64,000 nt of DNA from Selaginella moellendorffii (Eukaryota > Plantae > Lycopodiophyta). Below the pieces are notes generated by a model, which was not told the origin of the DNA, did no database searches, and saw only the letters and a program-made list of their open reading frames with translations. Below, piece after piece: positions 23,341-36,051 of this stretch. Position numbers and translations under genes: made by a program. Positions within the stretch are counted from its first letter, which is position 1, and each line of letters opens with the position of its first letter. The stretch is taken from NCBI RefSeq assembly GCF_000143415.4, contig NW_003314399.1, forward strand, positions 205,428 through 269,427, read 5' to 3'.

Positions 23341-25047
23341 TTACGTAGTGTTGAGCAGCACGTAGGGAGCGGCATTCCCAGGCTCCATATTCCACGCATT
23401 TGCAGCAGCTCGAGAGGCACGTCCAAAATCACGCTGGAGTTTGCTACAGCCGAGCAGCGTCATCCAGGCCACGGAATGGGCCTCGAAAGGCATGGATCCG
23501 AGCAGTTCTTCTGCCTCCTCCACCCACGAAGCTCGTCCCAAGAGATCCACCAGACAAACATAGTGATCCCGATTTGCCACCAGCCCAAAGTCGTGCCTGG
23601 CACGAGCAAAGTAGCTCAATCCATCGCCCAGCAGCCCCGCGTGGCTACAAGCCGAGAGTAGCGCTACAAAGGTTGCCTGGTCCGGTGAGAACCCCTCGAG
23701 CTCCATGCCTCGCAGCGTTTCCACAGCTCGAGCGCCATGGCCGCCGCCCGCGTACGCTGAGACCATGGCGTTCCAGGACACGGCATTCCTGGGTCCCTTG
23801 TCGAAGACGCGTCTCGCCTCGCCAAGAAGCCCAATCTTCGCGTAGAAGTGGACCAAAGCAGTGGAGATCCGGACGTCGTCCAGCATGGTGCGACCATCGA
23901 TCGCCATCGCGAGAAGCTCCGCGTGGAGCATCTGGCCTTGCGAGACAGCCGGCAATCCAGCGCAGGCGTCGAGAGCCGAAAGAAAGCTGATCTCGTCGGC
24001 CTGGATCCCTTCCATGTCCATCCGATTGAAAACAATCAAACCACAAGCAAGCTCCTTGTTCTGGACGCACGCCGAGATCATCGCATTCCAGGAGACGGTG
24101 TTCCTCACCGGCATTGCTTCGAAGAGCCTCGTCGCCTCGTCCAGATCCCCGCTCCCTGCGTGTGCTGCAAGCATGGACGTCCAACACACGACGTTTCGTC
24201 GCGAGGGCTCCATGCGATCAAACACCTTCCGAGCTTCCACCAGCCCGCCACACTTTCCATACATGCTCACCAGCGCCGTCGCAAGCACCACGTCCATCAC
24301 TTGGCCGCTCCCGAGCGTGGATTCGATGTGGGTATGGATTGTTTTGCCTGCCGAAAGAGCGTTGCATGCCGCGCAAGCATCCAGAACCGTGACAAAGGTG
24401 ATCTCGTTTGGCGTGGTGCCAGCGAGGTCCATTTTTCTGAAGAGTGCCACTGCCTCGTGTTGATGCCCTGCATGGGCATATGCAGAGATGATAGCGTTCC
24501 AAGGAACCACGCTGGGATTTTGCATAGAATCAAACAATTCTCTAGCCTCAAAAAGTTTGCGCACCTGACCATATGCAGCTATCATGCACGTCCACGAGGC
24601 TGCATCTTTCTCAGGCATTTTTTCAAACGTGGATTTTGCTTTGTCCAAATGCCCGTTCAAGGCGTATGCTGCAAGAATCATGTTCCACGAGAACACATTC
24701 GGATGGGCAATAGCGTCAAACACCGCGCGAGCCTCGTCGACGCAGCCACACTTGCCGTACATGTTCACGAGCAAATTCCCCAGGAATCGGTCCTTTCTGT
24801 ACTTGGAGTTGGGGTGCGATGCTATGTGATGGTGGAGGCGTCGCCCGTCGCTTAGATTTTTCGTGGCCGTGCAGCTTCTAATGAGGCTTGCGTACTTGCT
24901 CACATTTGCCGGGCTTTTCTCTTGCTGCTCCTCTTCCACCGCATCCTTGACACTCTTGTTAAAAATGGCCTCTTTCCATCTTCCACTCCGTGGTTTGATG
25001 TTGCGATGGGATGCAAATCTTGCCTCTAGTGGTGCTGGATCACCCAT
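23341..25047 (-). CDS. PLS-class pentatricopeptide repeat protein with truncated E domain, no DYW
   Basis: 568-aa intronless ORF with LVNMYGKCG and WNAMISA repeats, ALLSACSHAG, CLVDLLGRA; ends PYVLLNTT. Confidence 0.92.
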   Translation of the reverse strand: MGDPAPLEARFASHRNIKPRSGRWKEAIFNKSVKDAVEEEQQEKSPANVSKYASLIRSCTATKNLSDGRRLHHHIASHPNSKYRKDRFLGNLLVNMYGKCGCVDEARAVFDAIAHPNVFSWNMILAAYALNGHLDKAKSTFEKMPEKDAASWTCMIAAYGQVRKLFEARELFDSMQNPSVVPWNAIISAYAHAGHQHEAVALFRKMDLAGTTPNEITFVTVLDACAACNALSAGKTIHTHIESTLGSGQVMDVVLATALVSMYGKCGGLVEARKVFDRMEPSRRNVVCWTSMLAAHAGSGDLDEATRLFEAMPVRNTVSWNAMISACVQNKELACGLIVFNRMDMEGIQADEISFLSALDACAGLPAVSQGQMLHAELLAMAIDGRTMLDDVRISTALVHFYAKIGLLGEARRVFDKGPRNAVSWNAMVSAYAGGGHGARAVETLRGMELEGFSPDQATFVALLSACSHAGLLGDGLSYFARARHDFGLVANRDHYVCLVDLLGRASWVEEAEELLGSMPFEAHSVAWMTLLGCSKLQRDFGRASRAAANAWNMEPGNAAPYVLLNTT

Positions 25048-25329
25048 ACAGAGACTCCATGAAACTGGTCTTAGAGTAGGAAGATTATTCGGGCATATCC
25101 TGAAAAAAAAGATTATTCGGGAGGAAGATTATTCGAGCATATTCCTAGGATTCGCATTGGTTTAAGGTTTAGGCTTGTGTTTGGAAATGTTTTTATTGAG
25201 ATTATTTTTATACGTGAAATTAGGAAGATTATTCGCGCATATTCTTGAAATTTCTATAGATTACTCGGTCCATGCCACGGCCGCTTCCACTCCAGATGCC
25301 GATGATCTGGATTTCCTGCTGCGATTCGG

Positions 25330-26949
25330 TCTTGCAGCGATTCCAAGAATCTGGCCACTGCGATCCTAGAACACGCCCACATCGCTAGAACAAGGCCGAT
25401 CGCCTCGTCTCGCAGCTCATCCGCATGTATGGGAAATGCGGCAGTCCCCGGAGCACGCCCTGGAGATCTTCCACGACCTCGCCAAGCCCAGGCATTGCGC
25501 GTGGAATGTGACCGTCGCAGCGCTTGCCGAGAATGGGCGCCTCCGAGAAACCTGTTTGATCGACTCAAGGCCCCAGATGCCATAACGTGGACGACAATGA
25601 TAGACCACTACGCCCGCGCCGGCGATCTCGACCGTCCGTGCGACATGTTTTGAGACAATGGGCGGCCGGGATGTCGTGTGCTGGAACTGGATGATTACGG
25701 TGAATGCCCAGAACAGGTATTTGGAGTTGGAAAAAGAACTTAAGATAATACCACAAAGGCCAGCGCGAGGTGCAGTGTCGTGGATTCTGGAAATCGTGCC
25801 CAAATGGGGCATATAACGGAAGCTGAGGACTTCTTGATACTGATGCCTCAATGGGAGGTTTGGTAAAGTACACCCATGGTTGCCGCTATGGCTCGGACTG
25901 GCCACGTACTGCGCTAAGAATGGTCAGTTTGACCAGATTGCAGTGCACGACGAAGTGTGTTGGAACGTTATGCTCTGGCACATTCCCTTAAAGGGCATCT
26001 GGATTGCTGCAAACTGGGCGGTTAATGGATCCCGACCAACATGGCCTGAAGTTCATGCATCGCGGAGATTGGAATCCAGTCTCAATGCTGGAAACGTGTA
26101 CGTCCAGGGATCATATGGTATCTCACGAAAGTCTTTTCGCTAGACTCCACATGAACAGAGTTTCTTGTAATTTGTGTACATGTTAAAAGAGTGGAAGACC
26201 TTTGGCACTAGCTGAACAAAAGCGAATGACCTTAGCGGAGCATCAGTCAGACGCCACTACGCCCGCGCCGGCGATCTCGACCGTTTGTGCGACATGTTCG
26301 AGAAAATGAGCGGCCGGGATGTCGTGGGAACTGGCATTTGGAGTTGGCAAAAGAACTCTTCGACAGTATGCCGCTAAGAACCACCGCGACGTGGAACACG
26401 ATGATAGGCTCTTTCCTAGGGCAGGAAGCCTACTCCTTGATTCTATCCATGCCAGCGGGAGACACAATGTCGTGGATTCTGGCAGTCACAGTGCTTGCCC
26501 AAATGGGGCATATCAATGAAACAGACGACTTCTTTGTACGGATGCCTGAATGGGAGGTTTACGTCCATGATCGCCGCCATGGCCCAAACTGGCCGCGTCC
26601 TGGTGGCGTGGATGCTGCGCTATATTGATTTGCATAACATGAAAGATGCTTGCACAAGTTTTGAAGAGATGGCTGCGCACAACGTGGTATCCTGGACGTC
26701 TTGCAAATGCTCAAATTGGGGATGCTTTTCTATACGATGCCCTTTCACAACGCCACTGCCAATGTCGTCTTTCTCACAGCTTATGCTCTCAATGGCTGCT
26801 TTGTTCATGCGTTTGAGATAATGAGTAAGATGATTCTTGAAGGATTCCTGCCTGATGCGTTTGTCCTACTCAGGCTTCTTAGCGGTTGTAGCCATGGCGG
26901 GAGATTAAGTGATGCTTGGAAGGACTACTTGATTGATCCTTTACTCTAA
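25330..26949 (+). pseudogene. Frameshifted PLS-PPR pseudogene
   Basis: PPR fragments in several frames (DAITWTTMIDHYARAG, ELFDSMPLRTTATWNTMI, LLSGCSHGG) with stops and frameshifts; internal duplication ~25600-25880 vs ~26250-26560. Confidence 0.85.
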
Positions 26950-27211
26950 TTTCTCTAATCCTTTCAAGATGATCGCTCACAAAATATGTCAATGCATGTG
27001 ACATGCATTGGTGAACCCTCAGGACTCAATGTTATGCTTGGATCCTATTGCCACCTTGTCCCCATATTGCATCCCAGTATGCTCAATTTTCTCCTTTCCT
27101 CTTGTTACTCCCATCTTCAATAAAGAAGCTTGATCTCTTTGAAATCAAGTACTTGCTGATTGATTTTCACAGACAATCAATGCCTCCTTCAAGAACAGAG
27201 CTTCCTTAGCT

Positions 27212-27771
27212 ATTTATATTTGCACAGCACAAGCTTTGTGGTTGCCTTTAGTCATCATGTTCTACCACCATAAGCTTTGCTGGTTTATCACAATAACAAC
27301 TGGACAATCACTAGTAGCAGCTGTAGGAGGCAAATGAAGAAGAGAATGACCAAGCAACTACAAATTGAAGGAACAAAAAAAGAATCAAATCTATAAGTAG
27401 CTAGAGGAGTAATTGTAGTTGATTCATAACTACAACTTCTCCTTATGAGTGCCACTGGTATGACTACTACTCCAACTCGTGCCTCTTCAATGACGACTAT
27501 GGCCACTACACACAGATCTTGGTAGATATGAAGACATAAAAGGTAGGGATGATATTAACTAGACATACAATTACTCCTCTAGCTACTTATAGATTTGATT
27601 ATTCTTTGTTCCTTTAGTTTGTGATTCCTTTGTCATTTTGTTGCCCATTTGCCTCTTAGCTATTATTAATAATTGTCCAATTGTTATCATGACAAACCGA
27701 ATGGTGATAAAACATGGTGACTAAAGGCAAGTTGATGGTCTTAATAGAGTTTTTGCTATGCAAATACAAAC
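27212..27771. repeat. Long imperfect inverted repeat (fold-back)
   Basis: Arms ~27212-27417 and ~27566-27771; 35-bp perfect core 27383-27417 is the reverse complement of 27566-27600. Confidence 0.88.
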
Positions 27772-29230
27772 ATCATCATCATTATCTATTGTCTAGTAAT
27801 TGAAAAACTAAAAGCTAGAATTGATAAACTTGAGATATAATAATTATTATGCAATAAATGATGATGATAAGTCTTGTGAAATATTTGGAGCTTTTGTTGA
27901 GTGATCATTTGGTTGCCATAATTCAAGATGATCTTAGATGATGATGATAAGTTAAGTGGAACATATTATTGATGATTATTGACTGCCAAACACAACCAGA
28001 AAGTTAATTGTTAATCCCAAAAAACATTAATTAATTATAGAATCCCAATGAACTAGTTATAATCCCATGTGCCAAATTACGCTTAGACCAACCTCAGAGA
28101 AATAATTGTAAACTAAAGCAAGGGATTTTGAGGGTGACTATAACATATAAAACATTATTGTAGCAAATGACAAATTTCTACATATTTCATTCAACCAATC
28201 TCTAAAATCATTGTTAATTTAGACTTACTACTTTTATCTTTGTCCAACACTGCACATTAGGAGTTAAACTCACATTTTTAACAAAGACTTTTAGTAGTAC
28301 TTACAATAGAGGAAACACACTCAATTTAAAACTTTTACAAAAAGAACTTTAAAAGAAAAATACTCAATACTGAAATAGATCAAAATTTTTGTTTACAAGA
28401 CAAAAGTAAGACTCTCAATTCCACATATATTCTCAACATTTAAATCAGTATAAGGAATATAAAGAATAAAAACTATAAAAGTCAAAAGTGAATAATGTTT
28501 TAAGAGAAGTAGGTGAGGAATAAACATTAAAATATGAGAAAGTGGCTCAAACTGAGAAATAATAGAAGATAAAAAGAAAAGCTTATATGATAAATTTAGG
28601 AATTGACACCTATCTTATAAAATTTTCAACTTATCTTGAAAGCTAGCCTTAAAACAATTAAAATCCTCATCACAATTAAAAATTCACTCAAATTCATAAA
28701 TTTCATCTGTGCATAAACTCAATCTTCTTAACATCCTCTAAGAATCAGATTATATCATTCATTGTATATAATCACACTCCACATTAGCAAGAGATGGTTG
28801 GACACCAAGAATAAGAAAAATCATGTAATGAAAGTTGAAGATAATACATCAAAGATTCAAGTCACAACACCAGAAATTTGATCTATATATGGCACGATCA
28901 CATAAACAAAGTTGTTTAATAAAGACAATAGAGTAATATTGATAACCTTGAACAATACATTCCTCAATTGAAAAAAGTGTAACATAGTAGAAATAAGGAA
29001 TCAATAAAGATATATATAAAAAAAGAAGAGTAGATTTGATAACTACAATATTTGGCAAAAATCTACAATAAATCTAGATTAAAAAATGAGGGAATCACAA
29101 AATAAAAGCACAATTTTGAACACTAAAGAAAAACATTACTAAAAGTTTTCATATCCACCACTTTATTTGTATATAAAAATAGATGGCCTCGATTCAATAT
29201 CAACTTGACAGTGCATATATTACACTATTA

Positions 29231-29255
29231 ATATATATATATATATATATATATA
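29231..29255. repeat. (AT)n microsatellite
   Basis: About 12 AT units. Confidence 0.9.
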
Positions 29256-30443
29256 CATTACATAGGTGTGAAGTCCAAGTGTATAATTATGATGCTATAT
29301 ACTATTATTAATATATTGGGATTTTGATATCTATTGGATTGGTTTCAATCTAGACCTTTTATTGTTATATAAGCTAAGGCTAATTAAATATGCATATTTC
29401 TATAATCTATTTCTATATTTCATACATTCACATTAGTGGAGGTGAAAGGTAATTCTAATTGTTCCTAAAGAGCTTTTTGTTTACTCTTGCATTGTCTATA
29501 TCTTTTTTGTTTCTATAGTTTTTTAAGTAATTTTTTTTTGTTTATCCTCTTCTTTTTGTTCATTTTCATGGCAAAGTAGCATACTTCTTTGCAACAGCCT
29601 CCTCCTCCTTTGATGCTAGAGCAGTTGTTTAATACTATACAATTGCAATTCATCAATCAAACTCAGTTGATGATAACATTTATAGCATGTGGTGCAATTT
29701 CTTCTATTCTTGCTGTCAATCCTCATGTCTAGCCAAATTCTTCTATGGAAATTTTAGGGACGATGTATATAATTGATTTTATCACTTCACAATAATTGCC
29801 ACTTATCATTCTTAGAATGATCCTTAGCATTTATGCAAGTTTCCCACATGTTTCCAAGAAATAACATTGAATGGTTTAAGTATAACCACTTATATGGATT
29901 GTAGTTTACTCGGGAGTGTCTTTAAGCACATATTTGGATATGTTGACAACTATGATAATGCATTTCAGCAATTTTGTTGTTTATATTATGGGCCATCTAA
30001 GTTAGTTATACAAATTAGTATTCATTTTCGGAGTCTCTTGCTTCATACAAAGCTAAATATGTTAAAGTGGATTAAGTTAGATATACTATAGCTAGTATTT
30101 CATCAACATTTTGTGAGAGTTATTTACACATTTGCCCTAGCCACCTTTGATAAAGATCTTTGATTAGCATAATGCTATAAAATATCACTTCTCCTACTTG
30201 TAGTTGCATATGCTTCATTTCCACTTTCTATAGGAGATAATTCTATTCCAATGGAAGTTGATGATATTATTATTTGTGTTAAAGGATAAAAACAACGATG
30301 TGGTTATGGGTATAATGTTTCTTGCTGCATGTGATAAAGTTGACCACACATATCAACATTGTTGATGTTTCCTGGATTAACATCCTCAATTTTTTAAGTG
30401 GAGGCCTTGACATTAATAATGCTATATTAGTGCTATTTTCATG

Positions 30444-31084
30444 GAAGGTCTTGAAATTAAATTTTTTTCTAGGAAATAGGGAATCACAAATGAAGGGATT
30501 TTAAGTGAATAAGTTAGTGACCTCACAATCTTTATTTTAGGAATATCATTAAAAGGTTCATTTAGCACCAATTTCATATTTTCCAAACTCAATTTATAAT
30601 AGAAGGTTTTGACACCAAATTTTTTTCTAGGAAATAGGGAGTCACACAAGTAGTGAAGGGATCTTAAGTGAATAAGTCAATGACCTCTCAATTTTTGTTT
30701 TAGGAATATCATCAAAAGGTTTATTTAGCATCAGTTTATATTTTCCAAACTCAATTTATAGTAGAAAGTCTTGACATTAAAATTTTTTCTAGGAAATAGA
30801 GAGTCACACAAATAGTGAAGGGATCTTAAGTGAATAAGTCAATGACCTCTCAATCCTTGTTTTAGAAATATCATCAAAAGGATCATTTAACATTAATTTA
30901 TACTTTCTAAACTCAATTTATAGTAAAAGATCTTGACACTAAATTTTTTTCTAGGAAATAGGGAGTCACACAAATAATGAAGGGATTTTAAGTGAATAAA
31001 TGAATGACCTTTTAATTTTTTTTATAGAAATATCATCATTTACACTAGTTCATACTTTCTAAACTCAATTTATAGTAGAAGGTC
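30444..31084. repeat. AT-rich tandem satellite, ~160-bp unit x4
   Basis: Units start at ~30444, 30602, 30764 and 30926, each with TTTTTTCTAGGAAATAG(G/A)GA and AAACTCAATTTATA. Confidence 0.9.
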
Positions 31085-31604
31085 ATTTATTATCCTTTTT
31101 ATGTTGGTCAATATAAGTTTAAATTTATCTTTTATTGCTCAGCTTATTGTTACACATTACTATCTATATCACTATAAGGTATATAATTTAATTTTTACAT
31201 AATTTATATTTTTTACCTTATGTTTAAAACTAATATCAGTTTTGGTTAAAGAAAAAGTGAAACTAATATATGTTTTATATAACAGCTATACTTTATAGTT
31301 TATTAAGTAGTTTAGTACGTGGTTTACATAATAATTTCTATAATAGTTTGAATTACTTGTTTAATATATGGTTTATATAATAGTTTCTCTATATGTGCTG
31401 TGAGTGCATGGAATATGGAAAGGGAATACAGAAATGTGCATATCAATTAGCCCAAAAGCCCTAGCTTATATACAGGAGCGAGTGGTCCGGATTGAAACCA
31501 ATCCGACGGCTACCAAAATCCACTACACTAATATTAGTATACGGCATCATAACCGTACACTTGGCCCTCACATCATCCCCTCCTCTCGGAATAATGGAAG
31601 GCCG

Positions 31605-34600
31605 TCAGGGTTCTCTTGTAGATGGGCCGGGATCTGGAGGAACGTCAGGAGGAGGCATCGGCGGATATGTAGACGGTATTAACTGCTCCTGATCCCTTTG
31701 TATGAAGCGTTTTAACCGCTGCACATGCACAATCTCCGGAGGATCGGCCTGCTGAACGTCATGCCGAACCTCATAAACTTGCGGTCCAACTTGCCGCAAC
31801 ACCCGATACGGTCCTTTCCACTGCGCAAGGAGCCCCTTAGATAAACCACATACCGTAAGATGGGGAAAACGGACTAACACCAAATCATCCACTTTGTACT
31901 CCGTAGGTGGACGATGACGGGAGTTGTAGCGCCGTTGTTGTCCCACTTGTACGTGGCCTAAGTGTTCGGCAGACTCTGCTCGGACAAGTGGAAGAATGCT
32001 TGTCAAATACTGATCCCATGACCTAGCATCAGGAGCTCGTGGCAATTGCGAAGGTAAACCCAACTCTGTTGGTAATATTGGATCATAGAAGTTTATATAG
32101 TGAAGCACCAACAGAACTCTGCACCCTTGTGACATAGGCATACCGAAGAGACGGCAAATAACCATCCCAATCCGAATGCTGAAAGTTCACATACTTCGAA
32201 ATCATCCCTTTGAATGTCCGAACGAGCCGTTCCACCAGACCGTCTGATTGTGGATGATAAGCACTCGTAAAAGTGTGGCGTATCCCCAACCGAGATGTCA
32301 AAACATGAAATACCTCAGCCATAAATGCAGGACCATTATCCGAAAGAATCCGCTCTGGACAAGAATGCTGGAACACCACTCGATTGAGGAGGAAGTATCC
32401 AACAGCAGTTGCAGAGGCACTAGCAAGAGCACCAACTTCCACCCAACGAGTCAAGTAGTCAGAAGCAATAATAACATACTCATTGCCAGCAGTTGATCGT
32501 GGAAAAGGTCCTATAAGATCAAACGCCACTAACTCAAACGGACGGGAAACTGCAATTGACTCCAACCGTCCTTCTGCAGCACAAGGGGGAGTATTACAAG
32601 CTTGGCACCAAACGCAGCTACGCACATACCGGATAATATCACGTCGCATCTCCAGCCAATAGAAAGACCTGCGCAGCTTCTCGGTGACACGACGGTGTCC
32701 CATATGCCCACCTAGAACAGGAGAATCATGGTAGGCATAGAAAAACCGCGGAATAAACACCGAAGGTACCACCAATCGTAAATGATCATCAGGATCCGTC
32801 CCCACAAAATAAAGAAGGCCATCTTCAAGGCGATATTGAGAATGTAAATGCCGGAAAGGCAAGTCATCAGCAAGTGATGCAGGATTCTCAAACCCATCTC
32901 GAAGCCTTCGAATCCACGGCTCAATCTTTTGAGCCTCGCGAACCTCCTCAAGAGAAGGCAGATCTTGCTCTGCACCCTGTGGACATTGAACGTCAAGGAT
33001 AGCAACCGCCGACGGCACAGAATCCTCATCTAGAAAATCCACAGATGCTGGAACAACAGGTTCGTCAGAATGATGAGAAGTGAGTGAAGAAGGAAGAGGA
33101 GCTCGAGAAAGGGCATCAGCATCAGCCATAGAACTCCTTGGGCGATGAACAACATCGAAATCATATATCTGAAGCTTCAAAACCCATCGAGCCGTACGAC
33201 CAACCAGGTTCTTCCGCTTCAATAATGAAGTAACAGCAGCATGGTCACCTTCAAGTAACATCCGAGAACCATGTAGATATGCATGAAGTTTCTCGAAACC
33301 CCAGACTGCTACTAAACACTCCTTCTCCGTCGTGGAGTAGTTCATCTCCGCTGGTTGTAATGTACGGCTTATGTATGCAATGGGATGGCACTAACCAGGC
33401 ACACTCGAGCTCTCTTGCATCAACACACTTCCAAGACTAATGTCAGAAGCATCCACGCGCAAAATAAAAGGTCGAGTGTAGTCAGGATATGCCAAAACCG
33501 GAGGAGTTGTCAATAGCTCTTTGAAATCCACGAACGCCCACTCACAATCCGGAGACCAGATGAAAGATGACGTTGATGACTTCAGCAATGCTCGCAATGG
33601 TGTAGTGCGATCGGAAAGATGATCCACAAAACGACCAAGATACTGCACCTTACCCAAAAAGCGCTGCACATCATTCACACACTTTGGAGTAGGGAACTTT
33701 AGAACAGCCACAAGTTTGACATGATCAACTTGCAAACCCTCACGAGAAATACGGTACCCAAGATAAGTTGTGTCCTTGGACCCAAACACACACTTCGACC
33801 GCTTCAGCTTTAAACCAACGTCGCGTAGCCGATCCAACACTTTACAAACATCACGAACGTGCTCCTCCCACGTCCCCTCCGAGTGGATCAAGACATCATC
33901 AATGAAGTCAGTAGTCACCTTCGGCATATCGCAAAGAACCTCGTCCATCATCCGCTGGAAAGTTGCTGGAGCATTGTTCAAACCAAACGGCATCACCAAG
34001 AACTCGTACAAACCAAATGGTTGCTGGAGCATTGTTCAAACCAAACGGCATCACCAAGAACTCGTACAAACCAAATGGTGTACGAAAAGCAGTCTTAGGA
34101 ATATCTTCTTCGGCCATTGGTACTTGCCAATACCCAAAAGCAAGATCTAGCTTGGTGAACCAACGACTTCGCCCCAGACGATCCAAGAGATCAGCAGTGT
34201 GAGGAAGAGGATACACATCTGGAATCGTCACTTCGTTTAACGGACGATAGTCGATGCAAAAACGAATACTCCCATCAGGCTTCGTCACAAGATGAGGTTC
34301 ACATGCCCAAGGACTCCGCGACTTCCGAATAACACCCTTTTCCAGCATTTCCTTGACGTTTGCTCGTAAAATTTTGATCTCCTTAGGTGACCGACGACGA
34401 ACAGGAACCTTGATTGGACGAGCATCCCCAGTGGGAATTGGATGACGTGTGGCAATCTTGGCCCCAGACGATAGGTCAAATTCAAAGAGATCAGAATACT
34501 CTTTCATGAGCCGGTCAACTGCTGCAACACAAAGATCTTCGGAGGGATCGGAAAAGGGAAAAGCAGAACAAGATGGAAACACAGAAGGAAAGAGTGGGGA

Positions 34601-35143
34601 AACAAAAGTAATGGAAGCAGAGGTAGAAGTAGAGGGACGAAGAGGTATGGAAGTGAGAGGAATAGATGAAACATAAGGAAGTATGAGATAAGGGGGAGAA
34701 GCCTCAAAGTCACACTTGGCATGATTGCGCTGTAACCAATCCATACCAAGAATGAGGTCAAAAGTTTGACTCGGCACCACCCGCAATGACTGCAACTCAA
34801 GCTCAAGATCGCCCACACGCACAACCAGGTCCACCTCATCCCATGCACATGCATGTGTACGGCCGTTGCCATAAAGAATGAAAACTGGTTCTGCCACACG
34901 ACGCAAGTGTAGACGACAACGTGTGGCAACAGGTCGAGCAATAGAAGATAAACTCGAACCTGTATCAACCAACACGGAGAGAATAATAGGAGACTTCTTG
35001 TTATAAAAACGAGCTTGGAAAGTAAACACTGGATGAACTGGTGCCGAGTGAACCCCTTGATGATACTCCCGAAAGAAAGATGGAGGGGTCACTGATTTAT
35101 TCGCGCAAGGTCCCTCCGTTACTCGCGCGACTCCTCGTTTCCC
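31605..35143 (-). pseudogene. pol of the gypsy element (PR-RT-RH-INT), broken by a 58-bp duplication, a stop and a frameshift
   Basis: ORFs 33908-35254, 33391-34032, 32083-33345 and 31605-32165 are consecutive pol parts. Confidence 0.92.
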
Positions 35144-36051
35144 TGATGCATCTCGGTGTCCAGACCTTCCACTGCAGCAGCACCCAGGGGACGTTGCTGA
35201 TGCCAAGGTCTCCACCCAGGAAATGGAGGTCGCCAATCCGGAAAACGACGGCAACGCCGATAAGTATGACCAACTTCATCACACGCCCAGCAGCGAACAT
35301 CACGGCCACGACCACGTCCTCGCGCTTGTCCTTGGACTCAAGCAGCAGCAGCATCAACCTCCATTGGAACAGGACCATCACCCATAGGAAGTGGAGCGGA
35401 AGGACGTGCAGCGAGAAGTGGAAGAGGCGACGTCTCATAACGTTGTGCCAAGCGAAGAGCATCGTCAAGGGTGGCAGGAGCAAGTGCATGCACAAGTCCG
35501 ACAAGATTTTGACGAAGTGCTGGCCACAACATTCCTAGCTTGATCCGCTCCGACATATTTTGCTCCGCACGAAGCAAAAGACTTCGGAAACGAACGCCAA
35601 ATTGCATCACCGACTCTGATGGCCCTTGGCGAAGACGATGCAATTGTTGGAAAGCATCATCACAATCATCGGCATGTCCGAAGGCGCGTTTGAAGACGTC
35701 CGGGAGAACACTCCAATCCCCACGAGTAGCTGCGCTCAAACCATTGTACCACTGCAATGCCGTCCCTTGGAGACACGTGGGAAACTCACGCAACCGTCGA
35801 GCATCATCCCAAGAATGATATGTGGCAATCACTGTAAAGTGATCGAACCAATGGTACACATCATCCCCAGGATTCCCGCGAAAGAACTCTGCCCGAACGC
35901 GAGGATTGGCACCAAGAGCAGGAGGAGTTGTACCACGTGCCGTGAACGCCGCCATCAATTGAGTTTGGTTGTTCAATTGCAAGCGCATAGCATCAAGCAA
36001 TTGAACCAATTGCTGCTCTAGAGTCAAAGGAGGAGATTGCGAATCGGCCAT
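35119..36051 (-). pseudogene. gag of the gypsy element, with one in-frame TGA at 35338-35340
   Basis: MADSQSPP...FRGNPGDDVYHWF...LRQGPSESV...GPVPMEVD. Past the TGA the frame continues into CWACDEVGHTYRRC (CCHC) and ends at TAA ~35119. Confidence 0.88.

Noticed and set aside
30444-31084. CRISPR-like array
   Set aside because: Whole units repeat with no unique spacers, and the context is eukaryotic.
35338-35340. Programmed readthrough stop in gag
   Set aside because: More simply a CGA-to-TGA deamination upstream of the zinc knuckle, consistent with the transition-rich decay of the element.
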